This document shows, piece after piece, positions 29,552 to 43,977 of a stretch of 64,000 bases of DNA; the first letter of the stretch is position 1, and every line of letters begins with the position of its first letter. The position numbers were made by a program, and so were the translations under genes. Source of the stretch: the human T2T-CHM13v2.0 reference genome, Homo sapiens. Where the stretch lies: the NCBI RefSeq assembly GCF_009914755.1, contig NC_060929.1; one strand, 5' to 3'. The notes below the pieces were generated by a model. That model was given only the letters and a program-made list of their open reading frames with translations. It searched no databases and had not been told where the DNA came from.

Positions 29552-32500
29552 TATCTAATTGTTATTTCTGTAAAGGGTAAAGGTAATTCATCTTCTATTT
29601 CTGGCTGCTTTTAAGGATTTTTGTCTTTAATGTTCTACAGACTCTGATAGGTCTATAAATAAATTTACTTTTATTTATTTTAGTTGGAATTTATTGGGCT
29701 TCCTGGGTCTAAGGATTGGTGGCTTTCATTAATTCTGGAAAACTGTAACCCATTAGCTCTTTAAATATTGATTTTACCCTACTTCCTATATTCTTCGGAA
29801 ACTTCAATTATACTTATATTGGAGCTTCTCACTTTACATTTCATATTTTAAAATTATTTCCTCATGTTTTCTATATCTTATGTTTACTATATTTGGGATC
29901 AGGTTTTCAGCTATTCCCCAGAGAAGATTTGTGTTTACTTCTGCTAGGGACACATTAAATTCAATTTTCTTCTTGGGTTTTTGGACCACATAGGTAATAT
30001 AAATTCTTCCCTCAAACCCATATGAATGCAGATTGTGTTAAAAATTCTCATGGGTAATGTTTTTTCTTTATTTTTATTCTATTTTATATGGCACCAAGGC
30101 CAAGATCAGCATATCTACTCCTCTACCCCAATTTTCCTGTTTTTAAAAAAATTCATTCACTGAGGTCATTGCCTTTTGAAGGTCCTGGCTTTCCTGAAGT
30201 TTCTGAGCTTACCTGTATACTTACTTCCATGGCCTAGGCTTTGTCTACTATCTCCTGAACCCACAAACTATTAAAACAAAGACAGAAACCACCAAAAGAT
30301 TAGCAGATACTCTGGGGCAAAAGCTAGCTCTAGAATTAGCTTAACCTTGTGGATTTTTGCTTGCTTGTTGTTTTTTTCCCTCTACTAATTGGGACATTTA
30401 TATCTATATCTTGGTGGTTGAGCTATCAGTGAAGTGCATTAATTTTATTCAATATTTTGAAACATACTGAGCTTCTTGTCAGTTCTGTTATCAAACATTG
30501 AGGTCACTTGAATTATCTAACCCCCATGACCTCAGGTTCTTATCACTACCCATACTCCTCATTGAATATCCTGGACCTAGTGATTGTGCTGGCCCTAGCA
30601 CCCAGTAGGTGCTTTGGAGAACTCACTTGGTCATAAGCTTGGGTGATGAGAAGGGAGGCAGGTTCAAATTCCCTGGGGAACCCACGGGAGTTTTGTCCAT
30701 AAGAGTTTAGGCCTTATTCTGGCTCACTGGGAGTTTTCTGGCCTGAGATAACCTGAGAGCAACTTGGAGAGGGTGGGGTTTTGGAAGTCATGCCCCCCTT
30801 TTCCTTCAGTCTCAGCTCAGAAGGGGCAGGCCCAAGAGCCATCAGAGAACCTCAAAGGAGACAGGCTGCAGATCAGAACAATGAAGTAAAAGCAGCAATC
30901 CTGGTTTCCTGGATCTAGCAACTGCAGTACCCTCAGATGTGGACCCAGAATTGGGAAATTCTCTCTATTATGAATGTCACAGGTTGTAGGATGGGGGGAA
31001 ACCCCATCAATGGATACAGTAAAGATAGGGGCAAAACAAATATTTGTTGAGTGGATGAGTTCACAGGAATTTTTCTGAGGCTTGGAATATTATTGGAGGT
31101 TCTAGTCCATGATTGATCCTGGGCTATTTCAGTTCTTTTCATTAAAAAAGAATTTTTATTGAGCATCCAAACCAGCCAAAAGGCCCAGGCTATGCTTTTG
31201 TGGGGTGTAGAGAAGTGGCCTTTTTCGATGATTGAGGGGGCCATATGGGATAGCTAACATATCACCTGGGAGATATCAGTGCTGATGCAAATGCTTCCAC
31301 CAAGCACATGGCTTGAGATGGGGAAATAGAGGAGACATTCCAGAAACAGAGAAACGAATGTAGGATAAAAGTGAAGCAGATTGAGAAAAAATATTAACAT
31401 GGAAAAGGAGGTCAAGGGTGATGGAGGTAGGCTTTGCATACACAGAGAAATTGTAGAGGGAGTTTATGTGTTATTTATGTGGCAAAAAGCCATGGGCTTT
31501 TGACCAAAAATGGGCCAGGATATTTCATGCTAACAAAGGCAGTCGACTGAATCCATAGACAGGCTGAGATTTTATGTTGGGGCAAGAGACTACAGGATAT
31601 CCTTAGAGTTCTCTAGGAGTGATTGTTGTGGTTGGTTTCTAGGGCAGGTGGTGCTGTCTGGTGTCAATAATGACTGTCTCCTGTGGCCAGCTGGGTGTGA
31701 CATTATGTATCCTTACATTAAATGTGATTCTGGAAAGTGGCTTCATTTCTATTGGTTAACGTTAGCCAGCTCCTAAATCCTAGTTTAATGCTCATCCAAA
31801 GTGCTAAGTTCCTTTGTTCATGAACTATTTGTTAAAGTATAAAATAACTTGGGAATTATTCTGCACGAAATGTCAAGCGGCAGAACAAATAACTATTCCC
31901 CTCATTAATCCCTATGGGCAGCATCTGTTTGAGAGCTTTGCTTTTCCATAATGAAAATATGTCAGCCCTGAATATATGTTTGTGCTATTGAGACTGAACA
32001 GTGAAATGAAATGAATTCTCCACTCAGCCACAGGTGAAATATGGCAGTTTGTGGTGAATGAGGCACTGAGCGCTGTAGGAAGTTGAGACTCGAACTTTGA
32101 GAAACCTTAGGGAGGCTAAAATCAGCGAGAGAGGGGAGGGCAGTGTGTGATTAAAGTGTAAAGCAATTCCCCAAACTAAATTCATCTTAATTCATTCTCA
32201 TTTATAAGAGAAAGCTACTCCACATAGTACAGCTGGGTGTTTAAGAAATATGTGGGGCTTCGTTGTCCTCGAAGTCATGGAAATCAGGGGAAGCCCAGGG
32301 GTGAGGGTTTGATGTGCAGAAACGGTGTCATACAGAAAGGAAAGAGCACAGACTGTCAGTGAGCACAGAATCATAGGACCTCAGGGACAGCCCATCCATC
32401 TCACAGGTGAGGAATGTGAGGCCCAGAAAGGGAAGGAAATTGTCTAAGGAATCAGAGCCAGTGAAATTCTTACCCAACAGGGCCTATAATCAGACTAGCC

Positions 32501-32729
32501 TATTCACTCAACACTGTGTGCAGGATGCCTAGCTCTCTGTCCTCTGCTCTCTCCAGTGCAGAAATCAGTAATTCTTTAAGGGCAGGGTCTGATTTCTTCC
32601 TCAAATAGTGCTGGGTACCTGGTAAATGATAAATGTTGTGAATTGATATATTACTGGATTTTTCCTCGAGGTCCAGAGTGGTATGCTTTGTGTACAGATG
32701 GGTGGAGGGATGTGTATACGTAGTTAGCT

Positions 32730-32842
32730 TCTTTTTATTTATCTATATTTTATTTTTTTAATTATACTTTAAGTTCTTGGATACATGTGCGGAACGTGCA
32801 GGTTTGTTACATAGTTATACACATGCCATTGTGGTTTGCTTT
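32730..32842 (-). mobile_element. Very short L1PA 3' end fragment
   Basis: TTATACTTTAAGTTCTTGGATACATGTGCGGAACGTGCAGGTTTGTTACATAG. Confidence 0.85.
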
Positions 32843-32871
32843 TATTTTTTAAGTCAGATCACATAGCCCCA

Positions 32872-33070
32872 CAACATAGCAGTTAAGAATGTCAGCTTTG
32901 GTGATTGCCCATGCAAGGTTCAAATCCTCACTCTGCCATTTATTAGCTGTGTGACTTTAGACAAGTTGCATAACTTATCTGTAAAGTGGAATGAGACATT
33001 GTATCTACCTATAGAACTGTGGTGAGACTTCTACAAGATAATGTAGTTGTAGGTAAGTAGTCCTGGCCTC
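32872..33070 (+). mobile_element. MIR
   Basis: GGTTCAAATCCTCACTCTGCCATTTATTAGCTGTGTGACTTTAGACAAGTT core. Confidence 0.75.
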
Positions 33071-33618
33071 TAATGATGGTTATAATGTTATTTCCCTTTC
33101 ATCCTAACTCACTCCTGCACCAGTTCCCCCATGACAAACTCTATGCAGAGGCTGAACTACATCCACTTGTGACACAGTATTCTCATAGCATAGCTCTACA
33201 TTAAGGCGTTGTTGCTTTTCCTAGCTTGCAAAGCTGCCTCCAATCAGTGTTCTTCTCCTTGGGAGAATAGTGTGAACCGCTAAATAGACTGTTAATGTTG
33301 ATGTCTTCATTTGTTTTTGAAAATGGTCACAGATGATCAGGAGGTGAGTGAAAGCTGCCTTGAGCCTCCAATCTACAAGACATGGAAACAGCATTACCAA
33401 GGTCCCTATTTTAAGAACTGGCCAGAATTTTCATAAAAATTAGACTTGGTTTTAATGAGTCTCATTGTTTTGCCAGAATGTGATTAGCTTTTTAAAATTA
33501 AGCTTCGATTTATAGGAATAGAGGTCAAATTTGAGAAAAATAAGTAGGAAGAAAATATTCTTGTTATGTATAATCAAATGGTCTCTAAGTCCTTTAAAAA
33601 AAAACAAAAACAAAAAGG

Positions 33619-33950
<332 letters not shown>

Positions 33951-34164
33951 CTAAGAATAGTGGAATAAAATAGTAAAAACAACTGGAATGTCAGGAAAAG
34001 AGAACCGCCCTCTGATTTGGAGAGCATGTGCTGTCAGTCGTTTAGAGTCTCAAGACCCATTGCTGAAAACCTTTGCAAATCATTATATGGCACCAGGATT
34101 ACCATTCAAATTTGTGATATTTGAACTTTTGGACAGTAGAAGCTTGACATTGTAGATTTGTCAT

Positions 34165-34445
34165 CGTGGATCTACATGAAGCCCACATGTAGTATGATTC
34201 TATTTTATGAAATGTTCAAAAAAGGGAAATCCATAGAGACAGAAAATAGTTTGACGGTTACCTGGGGCTCAGCATGGGAAAGGGAAAGGACTGGATAGCT
34301 GGGCATGAGGTTTCATTCTGGAGTAATGGAAATATTCTAACATTAGATGTGCTGTGGTTAACAACTCAGTAAATTTCAAAAAGGTCACACCTCAAATGGG
34401 TGGGCTTTATAGTAAATAAATTATTCCTCAGTAAAACTATTTATA
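34165..34445 (+). mobile_element. Old L1 (L1MB/L1M) 3' end fragment
   Basis: ATGATTCTATTTTATGAAATGTTCAAAAAAGGGAAATCCATAGAGACAGAAAATAG. Confidence 0.65.
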
Positions 34446-37400
34446 AATTCAACTTGTGTGAACGATGAACAATTCAATCTGTGTAAAAGTATTGATCAAA
34501 TGTCATTGTTTCTATGAAGTTTCTTTTTAAAAATATATCCAGGCAGAACTAATTGGTCAGTTTTCCTTGTTCCTGTTGCTATTTGCTATGTTCATTATTC
34601 ACTCAACAGACAGTAATTGCTCATCTACCATGTGTTGAACACTGAGGAATAAGAGCAGGATTTTTTTTTTTTTTTTTTACTGTGGTAAAATATATTTAAC
34701 AAAATTTTCTATTTTTATCATTTTAAATGTATGGTTCAGTGGGATTAAGTACATTCACATTTTTGTGCAACCATCACTGCTATCTTTCCCCTTATTATTC
34801 CAGATGGAATCTCTGTATCCATTAAATACTAACTCCCCATCTTCTGTTTTCCCCAACCCCTGGCAACTACTATTCTACTTTCTATCTCTGTGAATTTGAC
34901 TACTCCAGTTACCTCATATAAGTGGAATCATACAGTATTTGTCCTTTGATGTTGGCTGATTTCATTTAGCATAATGTGTTCAAGCTTCATCTATGTTGTA
35001 GCCTATAACAGAATTTTCTTTTGAAGGCTGAAAAATATTTCATTGTACATACTGACCACATTTTCTTTATCCATTCACCCATTGATGAACATTTGGGTTA
35101 CTATTTCTTGGCTACTGTGCATAATATTGCTAGGAATATTGGTGTACAAAATATTGCTATGAATATTGGTGCACAAGTATCTGTTCAAGTCTGTTTCCAG
35201 TTTCTCTGGATGAATAAGTAGGAGTGAAATTACTCAATCATGTGGAGATTTTACATTTACTTTTTTGAGGAACTGCTGTTCAGTCTTCTGCAATGGCTGT
35301 CCTGTTTTACATTCCTACCAGCAATCCACAAGATTTCCAGTTTCTCCACATCCTTGTTATTTATTTATTTGGAAATAGCCATCCTAAATGGTGTAAAGTG
35401 GTATCCCATCGTCGTTTGGATTTGTATTTCCCTAATGATTAGTGATGTTGAGGGTTTTTTGTGTGTGCTTAATGATCATTCATATATATTCTTTGGAAAA
35501 ATGTCTATTCAAGCAAGTCTTTTGCCCATTTTAAAAATCAGGTTGCTTTTTTGTTGAGTTATAAGAGTTTTTAAAATATATTATTGATATTAATTCCTTA
35601 CTAGATACAGTATTTGCATATATTTTTCCTCTTCTATGATTTGCATTTTCATTCTGTTCATAGTTTCTTTTGCACAAAAGTGTTTAATTTTCATTAAGTT
35701 CAATTTATCAATTTTTTTCTGTTGCCTGTGCTTTTTGATGTCAAATAGAAATCATTGCCAAATCCAATGTCTTGAAGTTTTTTTTTTTTTCTCTTAAGAG
35801 TTTTATAGTTTTAGCTCTTACATTTAGGTCTTTGATCCTTTTTGGAGTTAATTTGTATATAGTATAAGGTAAGGGTCCAATTTCATTATTTTGCAAAGGA
35901 TATCCAGTTTTTCCAAAACAATTAGTTTAAAAGACTATTCTTTCCTCATTGCATGGTCTTGGAACCCTCACTGAAAATCATCTGACCATATATATGAGAG
36001 TTCATTTCTTGGCTCTTTATTCCATTTATCTATATGTCTGTCTTTATGCCGTTACCACCCTTTTGATTACCATAGTTTTGTAGTAGGTTTTGAAATCAGG
36101 AAGTGTAAGGTCTTCAACTTTGTTCTTCTTTTCCAAGATAGTTTTGGCTATTCAGGGCCTCTTTAGATTCCATATGAATTTTGGGATGGTTTTTCTATTT
36201 CTGCAAATAATAAAAAATCATTGGAATATTTATAGGGATTTGTTTTGAAACTGTAAATCACTTTCAGAAACATCTTAATACTATGAAGTCTTCTATGAAC
36301 ACTGGATGTTTTTCCATTTATCTATGTCTTTAATTACTTTCAGCAATACTTCATAGTTTTCACTGTAAAAGTCTTTTGCTGCCTTTATTAAGTTTCTTCC
36401 TAAATATTTTGCTCTTTTTGTTGCTATAGTAAATGGAATTGTTTTCTTAATTCCATTTTTGGAGTTTCATCGTTCTTTAGAAATACAGCTGACTTTTGTC
36501 TGTCAATTTTGTATCCTGAAACTTTGCTGAATTCGTTTATTCTAAGTTTTTGTGTGTGTGAAATATTTAGGCTTTTATATATGTGAGATTATGCCATCTG
36601 CAAACAGAGTTAATTTTACTTTTTCCTTTCTAATATGGATGCTTTTATTTTTCTTGCCTAATTGCTCTGTCTAGAACTTCAAATACTATATTGAATAAGA
36701 GTAGTAAGAGCAGAATGCTTGTCTTGTTTTTATGATCATAAAAGAGAAGATTTCAGTCTTTTGAGTACGATGTTAGCTAAACGCTTTTCACACATAGCCT
36801 TTATTAAATAGTTTTCTTCTATTTCTAGAGTATTTTTGTCATGAAAAGGTGTCGAATTTGTCTAATCAGTTGAGATAATCATGTGTTATTGTTTATTCTT
36901 CACTGTAATTCCAGGTATGTTATACTATTGAGCTTTGTATGTTGAACAACCTGACATTCTGGGAATACATTCCACTTTGGCATGGTTTATAATTTTTTTA
37001 ATATACTGCTGAATTTAGCTTGGTAGTATTGAAGATTTTTACAAGAATATTATTGATACTGGTCTGTAGTTTTCTTGTAGCATCTTTGGCTTTGGTTTCA
37101 GGGTAATATTGGCCTTATAAAATTACGTAGGAAGTATTCTGTGAAGAATTTGAGAAGGACTGGTGTTATTTCTTCTTTAATTGTTTGTTTGAATTCACTA
37201 GTGAAGCTTTCTGGTCTATAGAGTTTGTTTCTTGGAAAGTTTTTAACTACTGATTGCGTCTCCTTATTAGTTAGGAGTCTATTTTGATTTTCTGTTTCTT
37301 CATGATTCAGTCTTGGTAGGTTGTGTGTTTCTAGAAATTTTTTTCATTTTGTCTATTTACCTAGACTATCCAACTTGTTGGCATACAACTTTTCATAGCA

Positions 37401-37900
37401 TTCTCTTATAATCCTTCTTATTTATATATAATCAGTAGCAATACCTCCCACTTTCTGTTTTGAGTAATGTAAGTCATCTCTTTTTTCTTAGTCAATTAAT
37501 TAAAGCTTTGTCAATTTTGTGCATTTTTTCAAAAAATAAACTTTTGGTTTTGCTTATTTTTCTGTATTATTTCTCTATTCTCTATTTTATTTGTCTCTAC
37601 ATTAATCTATGTAATTTTCTTCCTTATGTTAGCTTTGGCTTTATTTTGTCCTTCTTTTTCTAGTTCCTTATGGTTTAAAGTTAGGTTGTTGATTTGAGAT
37701 TGTTCTTCTTTTTCAATGTAAACATTCAGAGCTATAAGTTCCTCTCTCCTAGTACTGGTATTGCTGCACCCCACAAGTTTTGGTTTATTTATTTTCATTT
37801 TATTTATGTCAAGACATTCCCTAGTTTCCTTTGTGATTTCTTTTTTCACCTACCGGTTGTTTAGGAGTGTATTGTTTAATTTTCCCACACTTGTAAGTTT

Positions 37901-37988
37901 CCTCATCCAAGTACTAACTAGGCTCAACCCTGTTCAGCTTTGGAGATCAGATGAGATTTGGTGTGTTCAGGGTGGTATGGCTATAGGT
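37901..37988 (-). pseudogene. 5S rRNA retropseudogene, 3'-truncated (nt ~1-88), no poly(A) tail
   Basis: Minus strand CTATAGCCATACCACCCTGAACACACCAAATCTCATCTGATCTCCAAAGCTGAACAGGGTTGAGCCTAGTTAGTACTTGGATGAGG aligns to eukaryotic 5S, with many CpG-decay changes. Confidence 0.92.
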
Positions 37989-38706
37989 TCACACATTTGT
38001 ACATTTTCTAGTTTCCCTTTTGTTATTGATTTCTAATTTCATTCAACTGTGTTTAGAAAAAAATACTTTGTGTGATTTCTGTCTTTTTAAATATATACAA
38101 TTTAACATCTTAATAAGACTTGTTTCATGACATAACATGTGGTCTATCTTAGAAAATGTTTCATAAACACTTGAGAAAAATGTATCTTCTACTATTGTTG
38201 AGAGAAGTGTTCTGTATATGTCTATTAGGTCCAATTGGTTTATAGTGTTGTTCAAGTCCTCTATTTCCTCACTGATCTTCTGTCTGGAAGTGGGGTTGAA
38301 GTCTCCAACTATTATTGTAGAGCTGTCTATTTCTCCATTCAAGTCTGTTTGTTTTGTGTGTTTTGGAGCTATGATTTTGGGTGCATGTATGTCTATAATT
38401 GTTATGTCTTCTTGGTGAATTGACCCTTTTAACATTATACAATGTCCTTCCTTGTCTCTTGTAATCATTTTTAATGTAAACTTCATTTTGTATAATAGTA
38501 TATCCATCCCTGTTCTCTTTTGGTTAATAATAATATTTACATGGAATATCTTTTTCCATTCTTTCATCTTCAACCATTTGTGTCCTTAGATATAAAGCAG
38601 AGCTTCTTGTTGAGGGCATAGAGTTAGATCATATTTTATTTATCCATTCTACCAATCTATACCTTTTGACTAAAAAGTTTAGTCTATTTAAACTAATTAT
38701 TAATAG

Positions 38707-39123
<417 letters not shown>

Positions 39124-40192
39124 TGATTTTTTTTGTAGTCACATGTCTTGATTCTCTTCTCATTTCCATTTGTGTATATTCTATAGATATTTTATTTGTG
39201 GTTACTATGAAAATTACTTCTTAAAGTTATAACAATCTATTTTAAATTGGTAATAACTTCAATTGCATACAAAAACTCTACTCCTTTACAGCTCCACCCC
39301 CTTCAAGTTTGTTATTGTTACAAATTACATATTTATATATTGTGTACACATTAACCTACATTTATAATTATTTTTTATTTATTTGTCTTTTAAATCTCAC
39401 AGAAGCTGAAAACTGTTATGAACCAAAATTACAATAATATTGGTTTTTATATTTGACTATGTATTTACCTTTACCTTTAAGGAACTTATATCTTTGTATG
39501 GCTCTGAGTTCAGCATCCTTTCATTTCAACTCGAAGGACTCCATTTAGCATTTTTTATAGGGCAGGTCTAGTGGTACAGAAATCCATTAGCTTTTGTTTA
39601 CCTAGGAATGTATTAATTTCTCCCTCATTTTTGAAGTACATTTGTACTGGGTAGAGTATTCTTGGCAGACAGATTTTTTTTTTTCTTTCAGCACTTCAAA
39701 TATCATTTCATTCCTTTCTGGTCTCCAAGGTTTCTACTGAGAAATCAGCCTATAATTTATTGAGGATTCTTTGTATTTGATGAGTCACTTCTCCCTTGCT
39801 GCTTTCAAGATTCTCTCTTTGGCTTTGACTTTCAACAGTTTAATTATAATATGTTTTGGTGTGGCTCTCTTTGGGTTTATCTCACTTAAAGTTCACTGAG
39901 CTGTTTGGATTTGTAATGTTAGGTCTCTCCTCAAACTCGAGACATTTCCAGCTTTAATTTTTCACAAGTAATCCCTCTACACCCTTATCTCTTCTTCTTC
40001 TGGAATCTTCTTTTAATGTGCATATTGGTCCATCTTATGGTGTACCAGAAGTTCCTTAAGTTCTACTTGCTTTTCTTCTTTTTTCTTTCTGTTTCTTAGA
40101 CCTGTTAATTTCTAGTGTCCTATCTACAAGTTTTCTGATTCTTTCCTCTACCTGCTCAAATATACTGTTAAACTCTTTTTGTGAATTCATAA

Positions 40193-40576
<384 letters not shown>

Positions 40577-40647
40577 TCATATTTTTATTTTATTCATATA
40601 TCATTTTTCTTATTTCCTTGAGTTTTTGGTCCATGTTTTCCTCTAGC

Positions 40648-40814
40648 TTTTTTTTTTTTTTTTTTTTTTTTTGAGAAAAGGTCTCATTTTCACCCAGGCT
40701 GGAGAGCAGTGGTGATCAGGGCTCACTGCAGTTTCAAACTCCTGAGCTCAAGCAGTCCTCCCACCTCAGCCTCCCAAGTAGCTGAGAGTATAGGCATGTG
40801 CCTTCGTGCCTGGC
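40648..40814 (-). mobile_element. Alu monomer (FRAM/FLAM/AluJ-like)
   Basis: Poly(T), then CCCAGGCTGGAGAGCAGTGG...CTCAGCCTCCCAAGTAGC; degenerate TSD TCCT(C/T)TAGCT. Confidence 0.8.
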
Positions 40815-41089
40815 TCCTTTAGCTCTTTGAGTGTGTATATATATACATGTACATATACATACATACATACATACGCACACATATATTAGACCCTAATCCT
40901 CTATCTCTTTTATGTCACCTATATATTTTTTAGTCTCTTGTTTATGTTATTAATTTTGATGGAGGCAAATTTTTTCATCTTCTCCATTTGGCTCATGTGT
41001 GCTAAGACTTAAGAAAAGCCTTGCTGACTCCTACTGTCATAAGTATATTTCTTATATACTTCATTCTGTCATTTGGATTTTTTAAAATT

Positions 41090-41430
41090 TGCAGTTGAGG
41101 TGTCAGTGAAAAATTCAAGTAGAATTATCTAAATGGCAGGGATTGTTTCAGAATGGAGCAGAAATCAAAACCTACACTTGACATACAGATTGAGGGCATC
41201 TCAAAATGGAGACTTTAAAACCGTAGACATAGATAAGACTGTCCAGAGAAAACATGTAAAGTTAGAAGTGGGACAGGGATGCAGATCTGAGGTACACTCA
41301 TACTAACAGAACTGGTTGAACAAAACAATATACAGGAAACCTAAAAGGAATGTCCAGAGAGGCAGGAGGAAAGCCAGGGAATGATGGATAAAAAGAACCA
41401 AGTAAGGCAAGCTTTAACAAGGGTTGAGTA
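41090..41430 (-). mobile_element. L2 fragment
   Basis: Purine-rich plus strand (AAGGAATGTCCAGAGAGGCAGGAGGAAAGCCAGG) typical of antisense L2. Confidence 0.5.
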
Positions 41431-41478
41431 GCTACTGCCCTTGACATCAACCCGTTATGATTATGACAACTTCAACCC

Positions 41479-42236
<758 letters not shown>

Positions 42237-43232
42237 TGAATTATTTACGTTTGTCTTGTTCAAGGTGGTAATAACTTTTTCAAGCAGGTACCAGATCTTA
42301 CTCACTTTCATATTCCTAGAACTGAATATGTTTCCTGCCCATGGTGCCATCCATCCATCCAACAGAGTGAAATCTATAAATCTACTAATTAACCTATAAA
42401 GGTTTGTTGAATGAATATTTTTTAAATCTTTCTTTCTTTAAGTCAATATATCAAAGCAAATCTTACCACTAAGAACTTTGAGAAAGTACTGTGACCTTTA
42501 TGGCCAGCTCTATAACTAAAGCTGGAGAATTGGCTTCCAGTTCTTCCATTAGTCTTGGCCTTTAACATACTAACATGGCATCCATGAAGGTGCAACTTTA
42601 GGAGAAACGTGGGGTTTTACCTGCTGATTTGAGAAGAATTGGAAGTATGTTCGCAAACACCAACAACTCTTTAATGTACCCTTTAACTACCTTGGAGACT
42701 TTACATTGGTCCTTGTTCTCCTGACATTACTTATTTTGTGGATTTATTAAGCACCTTTTCTTGAACTGTCAATCTGTAAATTGTCTGTAAAATTTAGTCC
42801 AGAGGGTAAAGGAATGGAATTATTCATAAGATAGTTTCTACCTCAGCTCATGGCGAAATTACTCACTCAGGGTATAATTAAGTCGTAGACACACTGGCCC
42901 AAAAGTGGATAGAAGGGAAACGGAAATAATTCCTGTTCCAATTTGGGTGCTTTCTGATGTTTGACAAGTATCTAGTGTATTCTCAAAGATAGGGGACCCT
43001 AGGGTCCCCATAAAGGGAAGAGAGGTGAGTTGTGTTTTTTTGTTTTGTTTTGTTTTTTCAGAGAATTGGAGAATAACTGGCTGGGGAGGGGAGGGAAGGG
43101 ATAAGCAGAGTTTAAAAACCTTAGGGTTGTAAACAGGATGACAAGAGTGAAATCTGATAGGTAAGGTGTAAAGTTGGAGCCTGAGCGAGGCAAAGGCAGC
43201 CAAAAGAAGGGCTCAGGTGAGTGGTTCTAGAG

Positions 43233-43762
43233 CAGTGGTCCCCAACCTTTTTGGCACCAGGGACGGGTTTCGTGGAAGACAATTTTTCCATGGATATAGG
43301 GGTGAGGGAGATGGTTTCAGGATGATTCAAGTGCATTACACTTATTGTGCACTTCATTTCTATTGTTATTACATTGTAATATATAATGAAATCATTATAT
43401 AACTCACCATATTGTAGAATCAGTGGAAGCCCTGAGCTTGTTTTCCTGCAACTAGATAGTCCCATCTGGGGGTGATGGAAGACAGTGACACGTCATCAGG
43501 CATTAGATTCTCATAAGGAGCATGCAACCTATATATCTAGCATGTGCAGTTCACAATAGGGTTCTTACTCCTATGAGAATCTAATGCCACTGCTGATCTG
43601 ACAGGAGGTAGAGCTCAGACGGTAATGCAAGTGATGGAGAGTGGCTGTAAATACAGGTGAAGCTTCACTCACTCACCCACTGCTCACCTCCTGCTATGCA
43701 GCCAGGTTCCTAAGAGGCCACAGACTGGTATTGGTCTGTGGCCCAGGGTTTGGGGACCCCTG
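43233..43762. mobile_element. MER1A (hAT-Charlie) element
   Basis: TIRs CAGTGGTCCCCAACC / GGTTTGGGGACCCCTG, 530 bp, 8-bp TSD TTCTAGAG/TTCTAGAC. Confidence 0.9.
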
Positions 43763-43977
43763 TTCTAGACTGAGCAGGCACAGGGCATGCATGTGCCAGG
43801 GGTGCTGCAGGTGCCAGGCCAGACCACCGGCAGGCAGACCTCCCCACCACAATCAGAAGTCCTGACAGAGCTTTATTGGCTATCCCCTTTGTCTGCTCAT
43901 ACTATTCTGTAGTGATTGTGTGCGGGACATGGCCTGCTGAATGTACATTCCACCCAATGAAATACAAACACTCAGAT

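Larger units (their letters stand above)
27000..30450 (-). mobile_element. Highly decayed old L1 (L1M/L1ME) fragments with later insertions
   Basis: T-rich plus strand with antisense L1-like motifs (TTGAAAGATAGTTT...AATTCTAGATTGGCAG; TTCTGGCTGCTTTTAAG). Confidence 0.45.

Noticed and set aside
37901-37988. Functional 5S rRNA gene
   Set aside because: Lacks the 3' ~30 nt and terminator, shows CpG decay, and is a single copy inside an L1.
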